Positions 52,801 through 59,843 of a stretch of 64,000 nt of DNA are shown one piece after another. Below the pieces are notes generated by a model. The model was not told where the DNA came from and ran no database searches. It was given only the letters and a program-made list of their open reading frames with translations. Both the position numbers and the translations under genes were made by a program. Numbering within the stretch: the first letter of the stretch is position 1; each line of letters begins with the position of its first letter. The stretch is taken from positions 2,725,125-2,789,124 of the forward strand of contig OZ244823.1 in assembly GCA_965220365.1 (NCBI GenBank), written 5' to 3'. Origin of the DNA: Rhodothermales bacterium. GTDB taxonomy: Bacteria > Bacteroidota > Rhodothermia > Rhodothermales > Bin80.

Positions 52801-54275
52801 GGCGTATCGTTGCCCATCGCCCCCAAGGGCTCTTTTGAACTTTGCCCCATCGGACCTACTAACAGGCGTAGATCTTCCAGCGTATATCCAAACATCTGCT
52901 GCCTGGAAAGCAGTGAGCCTTCCATGGCTTTGGGCTCGGTCGGTGGAAGAGAATCCAGCGTACGTTGATGGTTATTCAGCCAAATGCGGTACGGGGCTCT
53001 TGAGCAAATGCGGGATTTAATTTCCTCATCATCAATAATACGCCTCTCCTCCAGGTCAATCAGGAACATCCGTCCAGGCTTAAGTCGACCTTTCTTGAGC
53101 ACATTAGATTCAGCGATTTCGCCAACCCCGGTCTCGGATGCCAAAACAACATAACCATCCTTGCTAATGGTATAGCGGGAAGGGCGCAGTCCATTCCGGT
53201 CCAGTAGTGCTCCCGCATATCGGCCATCGGTGAACGGAATTGTCGCTGGGCCATCCCAGGGATCCATCAGATTGCCGTGGTACTGATAAAACGCCCGTTT
53301 CTCATCTGCCATTTCCTCGGCCCGCTCCCACGCCTCTGGGATGAGCATCATCATTGCATGCGGAAGTGACCGGCCCGTGTGATAGAGTAATTCCAACGCA
53401 TTATCAAGAGCCATTGAATCGCTACCCCCTTCACGAATAATCGGTACGAGATTGCGAGTATCGTCCCCAAATTGGTCGCTCCTGAACATAACCTCGCCTG
53501 CACGCATCTGATTGATGTTGCCTCGAAGTGTGTTAATCTCCCCGTTGTGGCACAGGAAGCGGAATGGTTGTGCCAGAGACCATTCTGGAAAGGTATTTGT
53601 GCTAAAACGCGAGTGCACAATTGTCAGCGCGCTCTTGAAACGTGGGGAGCTCAGATCCGGGTAGTATTCCGTAATCTGTCCGGGCGTAAGCATGCCCTTG
53701 TAAACCATAGTTCTGGTTGACATAGTTGCAATGTAACAGCCGCCAAGCTGTCCCTGCAGGACACGACGCTGGAATATTTTCCGAAGTACATAAAGTTTGC
53801 GCTCGAACGCATCAAGCGGGACTTTTTTGCTCCGCTCGATGAAGCATTGCCAAATTTCAGGCTCCGTCATCCTGGCACCTGGGCCAATCACCTCCGATTT
53901 CACAGGAACGCGCCTCCAATCTATGAATCTGGCACCTTCTGCTTGAACAATATCCTCCATCAATGCCTTGCATGCCGCTCGATGTTGAGGGGGGATAAAT
54001 ACCATCCCTATCCCATAATCGTCCGGCTCGGGCAACGATGGAATCTCATGTTCAAAGAATTCATGAGGTAATTGCACAAGAATTCCGGCACCGTCTCCAG
54101 TCGTTTCATCACAACTGCATGCCCCCCGATGGTCCAAATCCACAAGTATCTGGAGCCCCTTCTGTACAACATTGTGTGAAGGCGTTCCATCTACGCGACA
54201 ATAGAGTCCAACCCCGCACGCGTCATGCTCAAATGCAGGATCATATAATCCTTGCTGCTTCATCATCTGTGTCAC
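49809..54275 (-). CDS. gltB: glutamate synthase large subunit
   Basis: 1488 aa. Amidotransferase N-terminus ...FEHDACGVG, FMN/Fe-S central domain, C-terminal GXGXG-repeat domain. Confidence 0.95.
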   Translation of the reverse strand: MTQMMKQQGLYDPAFEHDACGVGLYCRVDGTPSHNVVQKGLQILVDLDHRGACSCDETTGDGAGILVQLPHEFFEHEIPSLPEPDDYGIGMVFIPPQHRAACKALMEDIVQAEGARFIDWRRVPVKSEVIGPGARMTEPEIWQCFIERSKKVPLDAFERKLYVLRKIFQRRVLQGQLGGCYIATMSTRTMVYKGMLTPGQITEYYPDLSSPRFKSALTIVHSRFSTNTFPEWSLAQPFRFLCHNGEINTLRGNINQMRAGEVMFRSDQFGDDTRNLVPIIREGGSDSMALDNALELLYHTGRSLPHAMMMLIPEAWERAEEMADEKRAFYQYHGNLMDPWDGPATIPFTDGRYAGALLDRNGLRPSRYTISKDGYVVLASETGVGEIAESNVLKKGRLKPGRMFLIDLEERRIIDDEEIKSRICSRAPYRIWLNNHQRTLDSLPPTEPKAMEGSLLSRQQMFGYTLEDLRLLVGPMGQSSKEPLGAMGNDTPLAVLSDRPRLLYDYFKQLFAQVTNPPLDAIREFMVTSLALNLGSSGNLFSESARHCEKLRLEQPILTESDLASIEAGVSGVQTLNMCFQSGELSMALERLQEEAAEAISHGANLIVLSDREAGENQLPIPALLATGAVHHHLIKKGLRLRCGLILDSGEPREVHHFAMLIGYGAEAVCPYVALSGVRHMVRKQELTEISESEAESSYIKAIGYGILKVMSKMGISTLQSYRGAQIFEAVGISSEVVEQYFCGTPSRIGGIGLDILAKEVEMRHERAFPRKQVTGVYHLDVGGQYQWRRGGERHAFSPTAIANVQEAARTNSHTSYKAFSDEINKGAANTLRGLLTFDYSNAEPVDLDEVMPWTEIVKSFKTGAMSNGSISGETHEALAIAMNAIGGKSNTGEGGEGPDRYGYDNPRRSRIKQVASGRFGVTIEYLESADEIQIKIAQGAKPGEGGQLPGKKVYPWIAKLRHSTPYVGLISPPPHHDIYSIEDLAQLIHDLKNANSNARISVKLVSEVGVGTVAAGVAKGKADVVLISGTDGGTGASPKTSIMHAGLPWELGLSETHQTLVNHGLRTRIIVECDGQMKTGRDVAVAALLGADEFGFATAPLVTLGCIMMRKCHLNTCPVGIATQDPELRKKFSGQPEHVVNYLHFVAEELRGIMAKLGLRTLSEMCGRVDLLKPRRGIKHWKARHLDLSRILVHPEVPERLQEFATTEQDHGLEHALDHELIALAQPALKKRKPVVADIQIRNTNRTVGTMLSHALAQRFRENRLEDDTITFNCSGSAGQSFAAFACKGVTFNIQGDANDYFGKGLSGAKLMISPPPEATYEPHKNILIGNVAFYGATSGEAYIRGGAGERFCVRNSGVHAVVESVGDHGCEYMTGGRVVVLGETGRNFAAGMSGGIAYVIDATREFRNERCNMESVELLEMDQQESILELRTMIENHFRYTGSRAAQWVLENWETALADFVQVMPVEYRNALERLAKEKESLAIAA

Positions 54276-54713
54276 CTTTTTCAGAACTGGCTACGCATTG
54301 CCCAGAACTGATTTTTCTCGCAAATCTCTTTCTGTCCCCTTATAATTAAACGATTTTTTGAATAATTTCCTAAAATTCTCCATTGCATGTGAAACCCAAT
54401 ATCGGAGAATTTGTATACTGACCTGAATAATTTCTGCATAATAAGCTATTATCCTTAATTATTTTAGATTTTTTATGAAAAATTCGTTATTATGTAGTCA
54501 TTGGCTTTATTCATGGGAAATAAATTCACGAAAAATTCACGAATTTTTTCTCCACTTCGTTGATCTATCAGGAATTTTTGCCCCAATCAATGCTTATGTT
54601 GACACCTGACCCGGGATCTTTATCAGAGCTTTTGCTGCTAAATGGCACTCCTCTGAGGCAGTTCAAATGCGAGTCGGGCTCTTTCTTTTCAACCTCAACT
54701 ATCCAAGGAACTG

Positions 54714-55436
54714 ATGACAAAGCGCTTCTCTTTTCTTTCACTTGCATTACTCACCCTCTTGATGCTCACACCCATACTCACCCATGCTCAATCAGTCAGC
54801 TTCGGTGCAGATTTCTTTAACCGCTATATCTGGCGTGGTTATGACTTCGGTGATTCTTTTAGTATCCAACCCGGTCTTGCACTAAGCGCGGGAAATTTTG
54901 AACTGGGAACCTGGGGATCCTATTCGATTAGTTCTGACGGTGCTGGTGCCAATGAACATGACCTTTACGCCACATACAGCATTGGCCTTGGTGCCTCTGC
55001 GAGCTTAGATCTGACGGTCACAGACTACTATTTCCCCAATGGTGGAGCAGAAGCTGGCGAATGGTTCAATTTCGACGGAGATGGTGAGGGGGCACACTGG
55101 ATTGAACTCATGGGAGCTGTGACCTTTCCAGAATCCTTCCCTCTAACCATTACAGCCGCATTTATGGCTCATAACGATCCAGACAATTCGCTTTACCTTG
55201 AGGCTGCAATACCATTCACGGTCGCTGATGTCGAATTAGGATTTACACTTGGCTTGGTGGCTGGAGAGAGTGGCTTCTACGGGGTAGAAGGGGGATCTGT
55301 GGTCAATTTGGGCCTATCAGCGAGTAAAGACTTGCAGATAACCGATGACTTTGCATTGCCGCTTAGTGCTGCTTACATCGTGAACCCAACAACTGAAAAG
55401 ACCTATCTGGTCTTCGGATTCTCGCTCAGTCCTTAA
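54714..55436 (+). CDS. putative outer-membrane beta-barrel (TorF/Gcw_chp-like porin), tentative
   Basis: 240 aa with signal peptide ...LTPILTHAQ. FFNRYIWRGYDFGDSFSIQPGL and alternating beta-strand patterns. Terminal ...LVFGFSLSP. Confidence 0.45.
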   Translation: MTKRFSFLSLALLTLLMLTPILTHAQSVSFGADFFNRYIWRGYDFGDSFSIQPGLALSAGNFELGTWGSYSISSDGAGANEHDLYATYSIGLGASASLDLTVTDYYFPNGGAEAGEWFNFDGDGEGAHWIELMGAVTFPESFPLTITAAFMAHNDPDNSLYLEAAIPFTVADVELGFTLGLVAGESGFYGVEGGSVVNLGLSASKDLQITDDFALPLSAAYIVNPTTEKTYLVFGFSLSP

Positions 55437-55449
55437 GCTGAGTCTATGA

Positions 55450-55489
55450 GACGGGAGGTCTAGACTTGATTACATTTAGGCCTCCCGTC
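55450..55489 (+). terminator. stem-loop 14 nt downstream of the porin-like gene (no U-tract)
   Basis: GACGGGAGG-(22 nt)-CCTCCCGTC, a perfect 9-bp stem. The large loop and lack of a T-run make terminator function uncertain. Confidence 0.3.
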
Positions 55490-55677
55490 ACCATCTACTG
55501 GACAAATGTGTGGAACTCCTGCATCTGCACATTCGATTGTGGCCCCTACCTATTCTTGTGAGCAGATTGTGTATTGACCTGTATGGCAGAAGCGGTGAAA
55601 ACGATGTTTTCACAAAATTGGAGGATGGACCAAAAAGAAAAGTACCTTCTGTGTTGCAATCTACAGCCGCCCGGCTG

Positions 55678-55864
55678 CTAGCAGTCCGTGGATAAAGTCT
55701 CCCAATAGATTGAGCAACGCTTTTCTAGTTCATTTTTGACTATTAAGAGGGTGAATCAGGATGAAAAATCCAAGAATTAGCCATTTACGATAGTTGTTTT
55801 ACATATCTCCAATCAACTACAGACTCCCTGTTTCTATGGACATACTTTATCCACGGGCTGCTAG
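55678..55864. mobile_element. 187-bp MITE-like unit (or structured RNA) bounded by 21-bp inverted repeats
   Basis: CTAGCAGTCCGTGGATAAAGT at 55678-55698. The reverse complement of 55844-55864 is CTAGCAGCCCGTGGATAAAGT (20/21). The 145-bp AT-rich interior has no credible ORF. Confidence 0.4.
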
Positions 55865-55954
55865 GGGGCTTTGGCGATGTTCCACTGCAAATTCACCGTT
55901 GGACCCTAGATTGACACGAAATGCACAACTGCTGCCGAAGAAATGCCCCGCATT

Positions 55955-55983
55955 GAAAAACACAGGATCTCCGACGCGGATCC
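55955..55983 (-). terminator. weak hairpin plus T-run after the DUF1640-like gene
   Basis: Minus strand: GGATCC-GCGTCGG-AGATCC (5 bp) followed by TGTGTTTTTC. Confidence 0.3.
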
Positions 55984-55997
55984 GTTTGTACTACCCG

Positions 55998-56366
55998 TTA
56001 CAAAATAAAGCTCAATACAATCGTCACTGCAGTGCCAGCAAGAGCGCCAACAGCGATCCCTGTCCCAACCACCCAGCGTATGAGCCGAGTTTCGAGTCTA
56101 CTGATTTCACCACGTACAGTACTGATTTCACCACGTACAGTACTGATTTCACCACGTACAGTACCGATTTCGCTGTTCATGTCTCCACGCAAATCACTGA
56201 TTTCGCCACGTACTGTGTTGATCTGGCTACGCACAAAGTCCTTGGTTGCAAGGTCTCCGCGTTCCTTTTCGGCGGCATCCGCAACGACATTTGCAATCGC
56301 CTCGGCCTGTTCACGCTTGAACCCTGACTTGGATAGACTGCGAGCAATTGTAAGGGTATTTAGCAT
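55998..56366 (-). CDS. DUF1640-like coiled-coil protein with C-terminal TM anchor
   Basis: Probable start is the Met at 56366. MLNTLTIARSLSKSGFKREQAEAIANVVADAAEKERGDLATKDF... is followed by heptad repeats GEISTVR and the C-terminal IRWVVGTGIAVGALAGTAVTIVLSFIL. The family is recalled from pattern. The supplied ORF extends to 56633, but the extra 89 aa look non-coding. Confidence 0.6.
   Translation of the reverse strand: MLNTLTIARSLSKSGFKREQAEAIANVVADAAEKERGDLATKDFVRSQINTVRGEISDLRGDMNSEIGTVRGEISTVRGEISTVRGEISRLETRLIRWVVGTGIAVGALAGTAVTIVLSFIL
56101..56163. repeat. three perfect tandem 21-bp units inside the DUF1640-like CDS
   Basis: CTGATTTCACCACGTACAGTA x3 (56101-56121, 56122-56142, 56143-56163). 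Degenerate copies follow at 56164-56184 and 56197-56217. The repeats are in frame and encode (STVRGEI)3. Confidence 0.95.
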
Positions 56367-56631
56367 GCTTTTGTCAAAGAGAAATATTGACTGCGAGTCG
56401 TGATACACTCTTTCAGGGAGTGGGTTTCCAGTCTCCCATAGCCCACCTCGTTGCCCCACAGATCTGGTGGTCATGTAGCAGCAGCCGATTGGGCTTGTCT
56501 TGCCCCCATTCATGATCTTTATTTCCACGGTACGCAACGAATTGCAGCCACGAAAAATGCAGCAACTTCTTTTTGTGGGTACTACCACAATTCGTGTGGA
56601 ATATTTCGTTCTCACCAAATTTATACATTTC

Positions 56632-56792
56632 ATGGAACCAGTACCAGATATTGCGGTGCGTCACAGCTTATAATTAGGTAGCGATTGGAAGATTGATCGG
56701 ATGGATCTGGATGCAAAAGTTCAACGGATTGACATCTACATTTCGCATTCGGGTCGTGCGTTGATCTGCCCGAAGACCGGGGAGACGGGAAC
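56632..56792 (+). pseudogene. ISL3-type transposase, N-terminal fragment (left part, in-frame stop at 56671)
   Basis: Translation: MEPVPDIAVRHSL*LGSDWKIDRMDLDAKVQRIDIYISHSGRALICPKTGETG. This follows the ISL3-family N-terminal pattern ..LGL..PW.V..V.LD.....i.v.v.H..G....CP.C, recalled from memory. It is interrupted by the IS110-family element. Confidence 0.5.
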
Positions 56793-58164
56793 GTCACGGC
56801 GACCCGTAATGATTCTCACTTTAAAGATACTCAATGATGTTGATGAAATTTCGACCGATTTTTTTTGCAGGGATTGACTGGGGCTCCCAGTCGCACCAGG
56901 TCTGCGTTTTGAACTCGGAGGGTGCCGTTCTGGGCGAACGCGCATTTGCCCACTCTGGAGAGGGGCTCAGCCAGCTGCTGGATTGGGTGCTTGCCTGTGC
57001 GGGCGGGGTTGCCGCGCAGCTTGGGGTCGCCATTGAAATCCCACACGGTCCGGTGGTGGACAGTCTGCTGGATCGAGGCATTCCAACCTTTTCGATCAAT
57101 CCCAAACAACTGGACCGCTTCCGGGATCGGTTTTCACCCGCGGGGGCCAAAGATGATCGTCGGGATGCACATGTGCTAGCGGATGCCCTCTGGACGGATC
57201 CCGCCTGTCTGCGCGAACTGGATCCGCTGGATGCCAAGATCGTCCAGCTGCGCGAGTGGTCACGAATGAGTGAGGAATTGACCAGCCAGCGCACCCGACT
57301 CACGCATCAGGTCCGCGCCCAGCTCTGGCGGTACTTTCCACAATTCTTGGAACTGGGGTTCCCGCTGTTCTCTCCGGTACTGATCGCCCTTGGGACACTC
57401 ATTCCCACACCAACCCGCGCCCGCCGGATGCGCCTCTCTTCGGTGGAAAAGGTGCTCAAAGAACACCGGATCCGGCGTTTGAATGCGGAACAGGTGCTTC
57501 AATCCTTGCGGACCCAACCGATCACGGTCGCCGATGGAGTCCTGGAGGCGGCCACCGCACGCATCCGCTTGCTTATGCAGCAGCTTGCGTTGATTGAACA
57601 ACAAGTTCAGGAGGCCCAACACGCCACGGAAACCCTACTTGCATCCCTCTCCCCGGATCAAGCTCCGGTTCCCAGCGCTTCGCAGGAACCGGAATTGGGT
57701 CAGAGAAAGCCCTCTTCTTCGGAGAATCCAGTGCGTGATGTGGAGATTCTTTCCTCCATGCCGGGAGTCGGGACCACGGTACTGGCCACGCTCCTCTCGG
57801 AGGCATCCAATTTAGTCAAGAACCGGGATTACAAGGGACTACGGTGTTTGTGTGGCGTCGCTCCGGTTACCCGACGCTCAGGAAAATCCTGGCGAGTGGT
57901 TCGACGACGAGCCTCGCAGGCACGCCTGGTCAATGCCCTCTACCACTGGAGCCGCGTGGCCATCCAGCACGATCCCACCAGCAAAGCAAAGTACAAAGCC
58001 CTGCGGGAGCGCGGCCACAGTCACGGACGAACTCTTCGGTCGGTCGCCGACCGCCTGCTCGCCATCGCCTGTGCAATGCTTCGGGACCGAACATACTTTG
58101 ATCGCAGTCGAGCAACCGCCGCCGCCAAATTGCTCCAACCAGCCGGGTAACCCAACAGTAGAAC
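56793..58164 (+). mobile_element. IS110-family insertion sequence, 1372 bp (boundaries inferred; a 4-nt GAAC repeat makes them ambiguous by 4 nt)
   Basis: GAAC occurs at 56789-56792 and 58161-58164. Removing 56793-58164 rejoins the flanking ISL3 fragments in frame. Sampled 60-nt lines inside the element are about 58-68% GC, versus about 35% in the sampled line just upstream (56581-56640). Confidence 0.55.
56834..58150 (+). CDS. IS110-family DEDD transposase/recombinase
   Basis: 438 aa. N-terminal RuvC-like DEDD domain starting FAGIDWGSQSHQVCVLNSEG. C-terminal Transposase_20-like module SMPGVGTTVLATLLSE...APVTRRSGKS...YKALRERGHSHGRTLRSVADRLL. Confidence 0.9.
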   Translation: MMLMKFRPIFFAGIDWGSQSHQVCVLNSEGAVLGERAFAHSGEGLSQLLDWVLACAGGVAAQLGVAIEIPHGPVVDSLLDRGIPTFSINPKQLDRFRDRFSPAGAKDDRRDAHVLADALWTDPACLRELDPLDAKIVQLREWSRMSEELTSQRTRLTHQVRAQLWRYFPQFLELGFPLFSPVLIALGTLIPTPTRARRMRLSSVEKVLKEHRIRRLNAEQVLQSLRTQPITVADGVLEAATARIRLLMQQLALIEQQVQEAQHATETLLASLSPDQAPVPSASQEPELGQRKPSSSENPVRDVEILSSMPGVGTTVLATLLSEASNLVKNRDYKGLRCLCGVAPVTRRSGKSWRVVRRRASQARLVNALYHWSRVAIQHDPTSKAKYKALRERGHSHGRTLRSVADRLLAIACAMLRDRTYFDRSRATAAAKLLQPAG

Positions 58165-58398
58165 CAACAAAATTCTATGGGACCATCAAGAGAGGGCAAC
58201 AGATGGTGGAGTAATCTCCGAATTGAATGAAAAACGAAGACAATCCAGAGCGGGGAATCCCGCAGACATCTCGTAAAACTGAAATCCAATCCACTCTCTC
58301 ACGGTTTGCTGAAATATAGCCTCCGTCCTGCTCATCGAATGTTCTCGCCGTACAATAAATCTGGGGTCAGTGCTGATCACTTGGTTAATTTTTGGTGA
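58165..58398 (+). pseudogene. ISL3-type transposase fragment (right part; frameshift near 58196 and internal stop)
   Basis: Frame a gives ..NKILWDHQER. Frame b gives NRWWSNLRIE*KTKTIQSGESRRHLVKLKSNPLSHGLLKYSLRPAHRMFSPY...ADHLVNFW*. Compare the ISL3 pattern YD..ER.WRHLD..Q..T.L...VPRV.CP.HGV..V.VPWA. It is truncated after about 80 codons. Confidence 0.4.
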
Positions 58399-58416
58399 AC
58401 ACGAGATCTATGACGA

Positions 58417-59496
58417 ATGCATACCGTATACGTCGTTACTTTTGTGTATAAGTGCCTTCGCTGGGTCTATACAATGATTGATACACTTGATACGCCTAAA
58501 TCAGAGGAGGTAATTCTCCTGGCGAATCACCTCTCTCGTCAGAAAATATTTGATCGTTATCGCCAGACCACAGGAGCCTTAGCACGGACTCACTGGCAGG
58601 TGATTTACCTGAAAAGCCAAGGTAAAATCGTCCGTGACATTGTTGAGGTCACCGGGTATAGCGAAGACTTTGTTCGGCAGATCATCCTACGCTACAATGA
58701 GGCGGGAGCCGATGATTTTATTGACGATAAAGGCTTCCGGGATCAGACTAAATCCGATTATATCCGCAAATCCAGTGAGTTGGATACAGCACGTCAGGCA
58801 CAACAGGAAATGCTTGCCACAAGAATTCCTGCCCATCCGGAACTGGAAATTGATGCTTTCCTGAAAACTGCAACCGAGCTCAGTGGGGATTATTATGATT
58901 TTTCTCTCTCCGACGATGGGGTTCTGACCATGGCAATCGGTGATGCAACCGGTCACGGTACAACTGCAGGAATGATGGTGATTGCAACCAAAGCACTTTT
59001 TAAGGACTCGGCGGATGATTCTGACCTTCTGGGACTTATCCGGCGCATGTCAAAAACCATCAAAAGTGTGAACCTCCGAAGTACCTATATGCACATCACC
59101 CTCGCACGCTATCATCAAGGCGTACTTCAGCTTGTGGGTGCTGGTATGCCTCCACTCCTCATGTACCGATCTGAAACTCAAACCGTAGAGGATGTTGTTC
59201 TCAAAGGGATGCCCCTGGGCAGTTATACTGATTTCCCCTATGAACAATTAGAGATCCCTCTCAACCCCGGAGATACAGTTTTCTTTATGAGTGATGGTCT
59301 CCTAGACCTACAGAGTCCGTGTGGCGAAATGCTGCAACTGGATCGAGTCAGAAAAATCTTCGCCGAGGCAGGTGCCCGCTCCCCGAGCGAAATTATCGCC
59401 CATATCCGAAAAGGGGGCATCGCCTGGCGTGCGGGAAGACCTTTGAAAGATGATGTAACGCTCCTGGTCCTTCAGCGATCAGCGACCGATGGATAG
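58417..59496 (+). CDS. PP2C/SpoIIE-family phosphatase fused to an N-terminal IS630-transposase-like HTH module
   Basis: C-terminal 230 aa: SGDYYDF, GDATGHGTTAGMMV, FFMSDGL, DDVTLLVL (SpoIIE/PP2C). N-terminal: ARTHWQVIYLKSQGKIVRDIVEVTGYSEDFVRQIILRYNEAGADDFIDDKG resembles the HTH/winged-helix N-terminus of IS630-family transposases. The likely start is the Met at 58471 (MIDTLDTPK). Confidence 0.75.
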   Translation: MHTVYVVTFVYKCLRWVYTMIDTLDTPKSEEVILLANHLSRQKIFDRYRQTTGALARTHWQVIYLKSQGKIVRDIVEVTGYSEDFVRQIILRYNEAGADDFIDDKGFRDQTKSDYIRKSSELDTARQAQQEMLATRIPAHPELEIDAFLKTATELSGDYYDFSLSDDGVLTMAIGDATGHGTTAGMMVIATKALFKDSADDSDLLGLIRRMSKTIKSVNLRSTYMHITLARYHQGVLQLVGAGMPPLLMYRSETQTVEDVVLKGMPLGSYTDFPYEQLEIPLNPGDTVFFMSDGLLDLQSPCGEMLQLDRVRKIFAEAGARSPSEIIAHIRKGGIAWRAGRPLKDDVTLLVLQRSATDG

Positions 59497-59843
59497 CAAA
59501 TCCAGTCCTACAGAGTCGGAATCCTCGCAAGGGCGCTGCTATGGGTACTCATGGATCACGCTTCTGCAGGCGTATCGTATGGGAAATTAGAGGTCCTTGC
59601 ATAGGCCTGATGGATGCTGTCCCATCCCCGTCAGCCCAGTAGATTGCGTCTATAGCTGGCAACGCTTTGATTCGGTGTTTACCAGAACCCAAGGCATACC
59701 GGAATGGGGCCAAAAACACATATCGTTGCCCCTCGTAGAAGTGAGTCAAGACTTGATGCCGTTATGAGCCGGTAGTCATAGCCCGAGACTGAACGAGATC
59801 TCGTTCCCATACAGAATACAGCAGAACCAAACTTATACTAACC

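Noticed and set aside
49809-54275. Numerous 60-140-aa ORFs on the opposite strand or in other frames inside gltB. The same pattern occurs inside gltD, the 983-aa gene, the BamB-like gene, dsbD and others.
   Set aside because: These are shadow ORFs within long, strongly supported coding regions.
55794-56327. The 177-aa plus-strand ORF with TDFTTYS repeats.
   Set aside because: It is antisense to the DUF1640-like gene. Its repeat is simply the reverse-frame reading of the 21-bp tandem units, and the minus-strand product has a coherent coiled-coil/TM architecture.
56367-56633. N-terminal 89-aa extension of ORF 55998..56633.
   Set aside because: The extension (MKCINLVRTKYSTRIVVVPTKRSCC...) is Cys/Arg-rich and lacks family resemblance. 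The DUF1640-like homology starts at the Met at 56366.
58151-58416. This region as an IS1111-style right-end bridge-RNA locus of the IS110-family element.
   Set aside because: This is not fully rejected. However, the sequence translates, with one frameshift and one stop, into the continuation of the ISL3 transposase fragment found on the other side. I therefore interpret it as flanking DNA. A GCGGG-GAAT-CCCGC hairpin at 58250-58263 is the only obvious structure.
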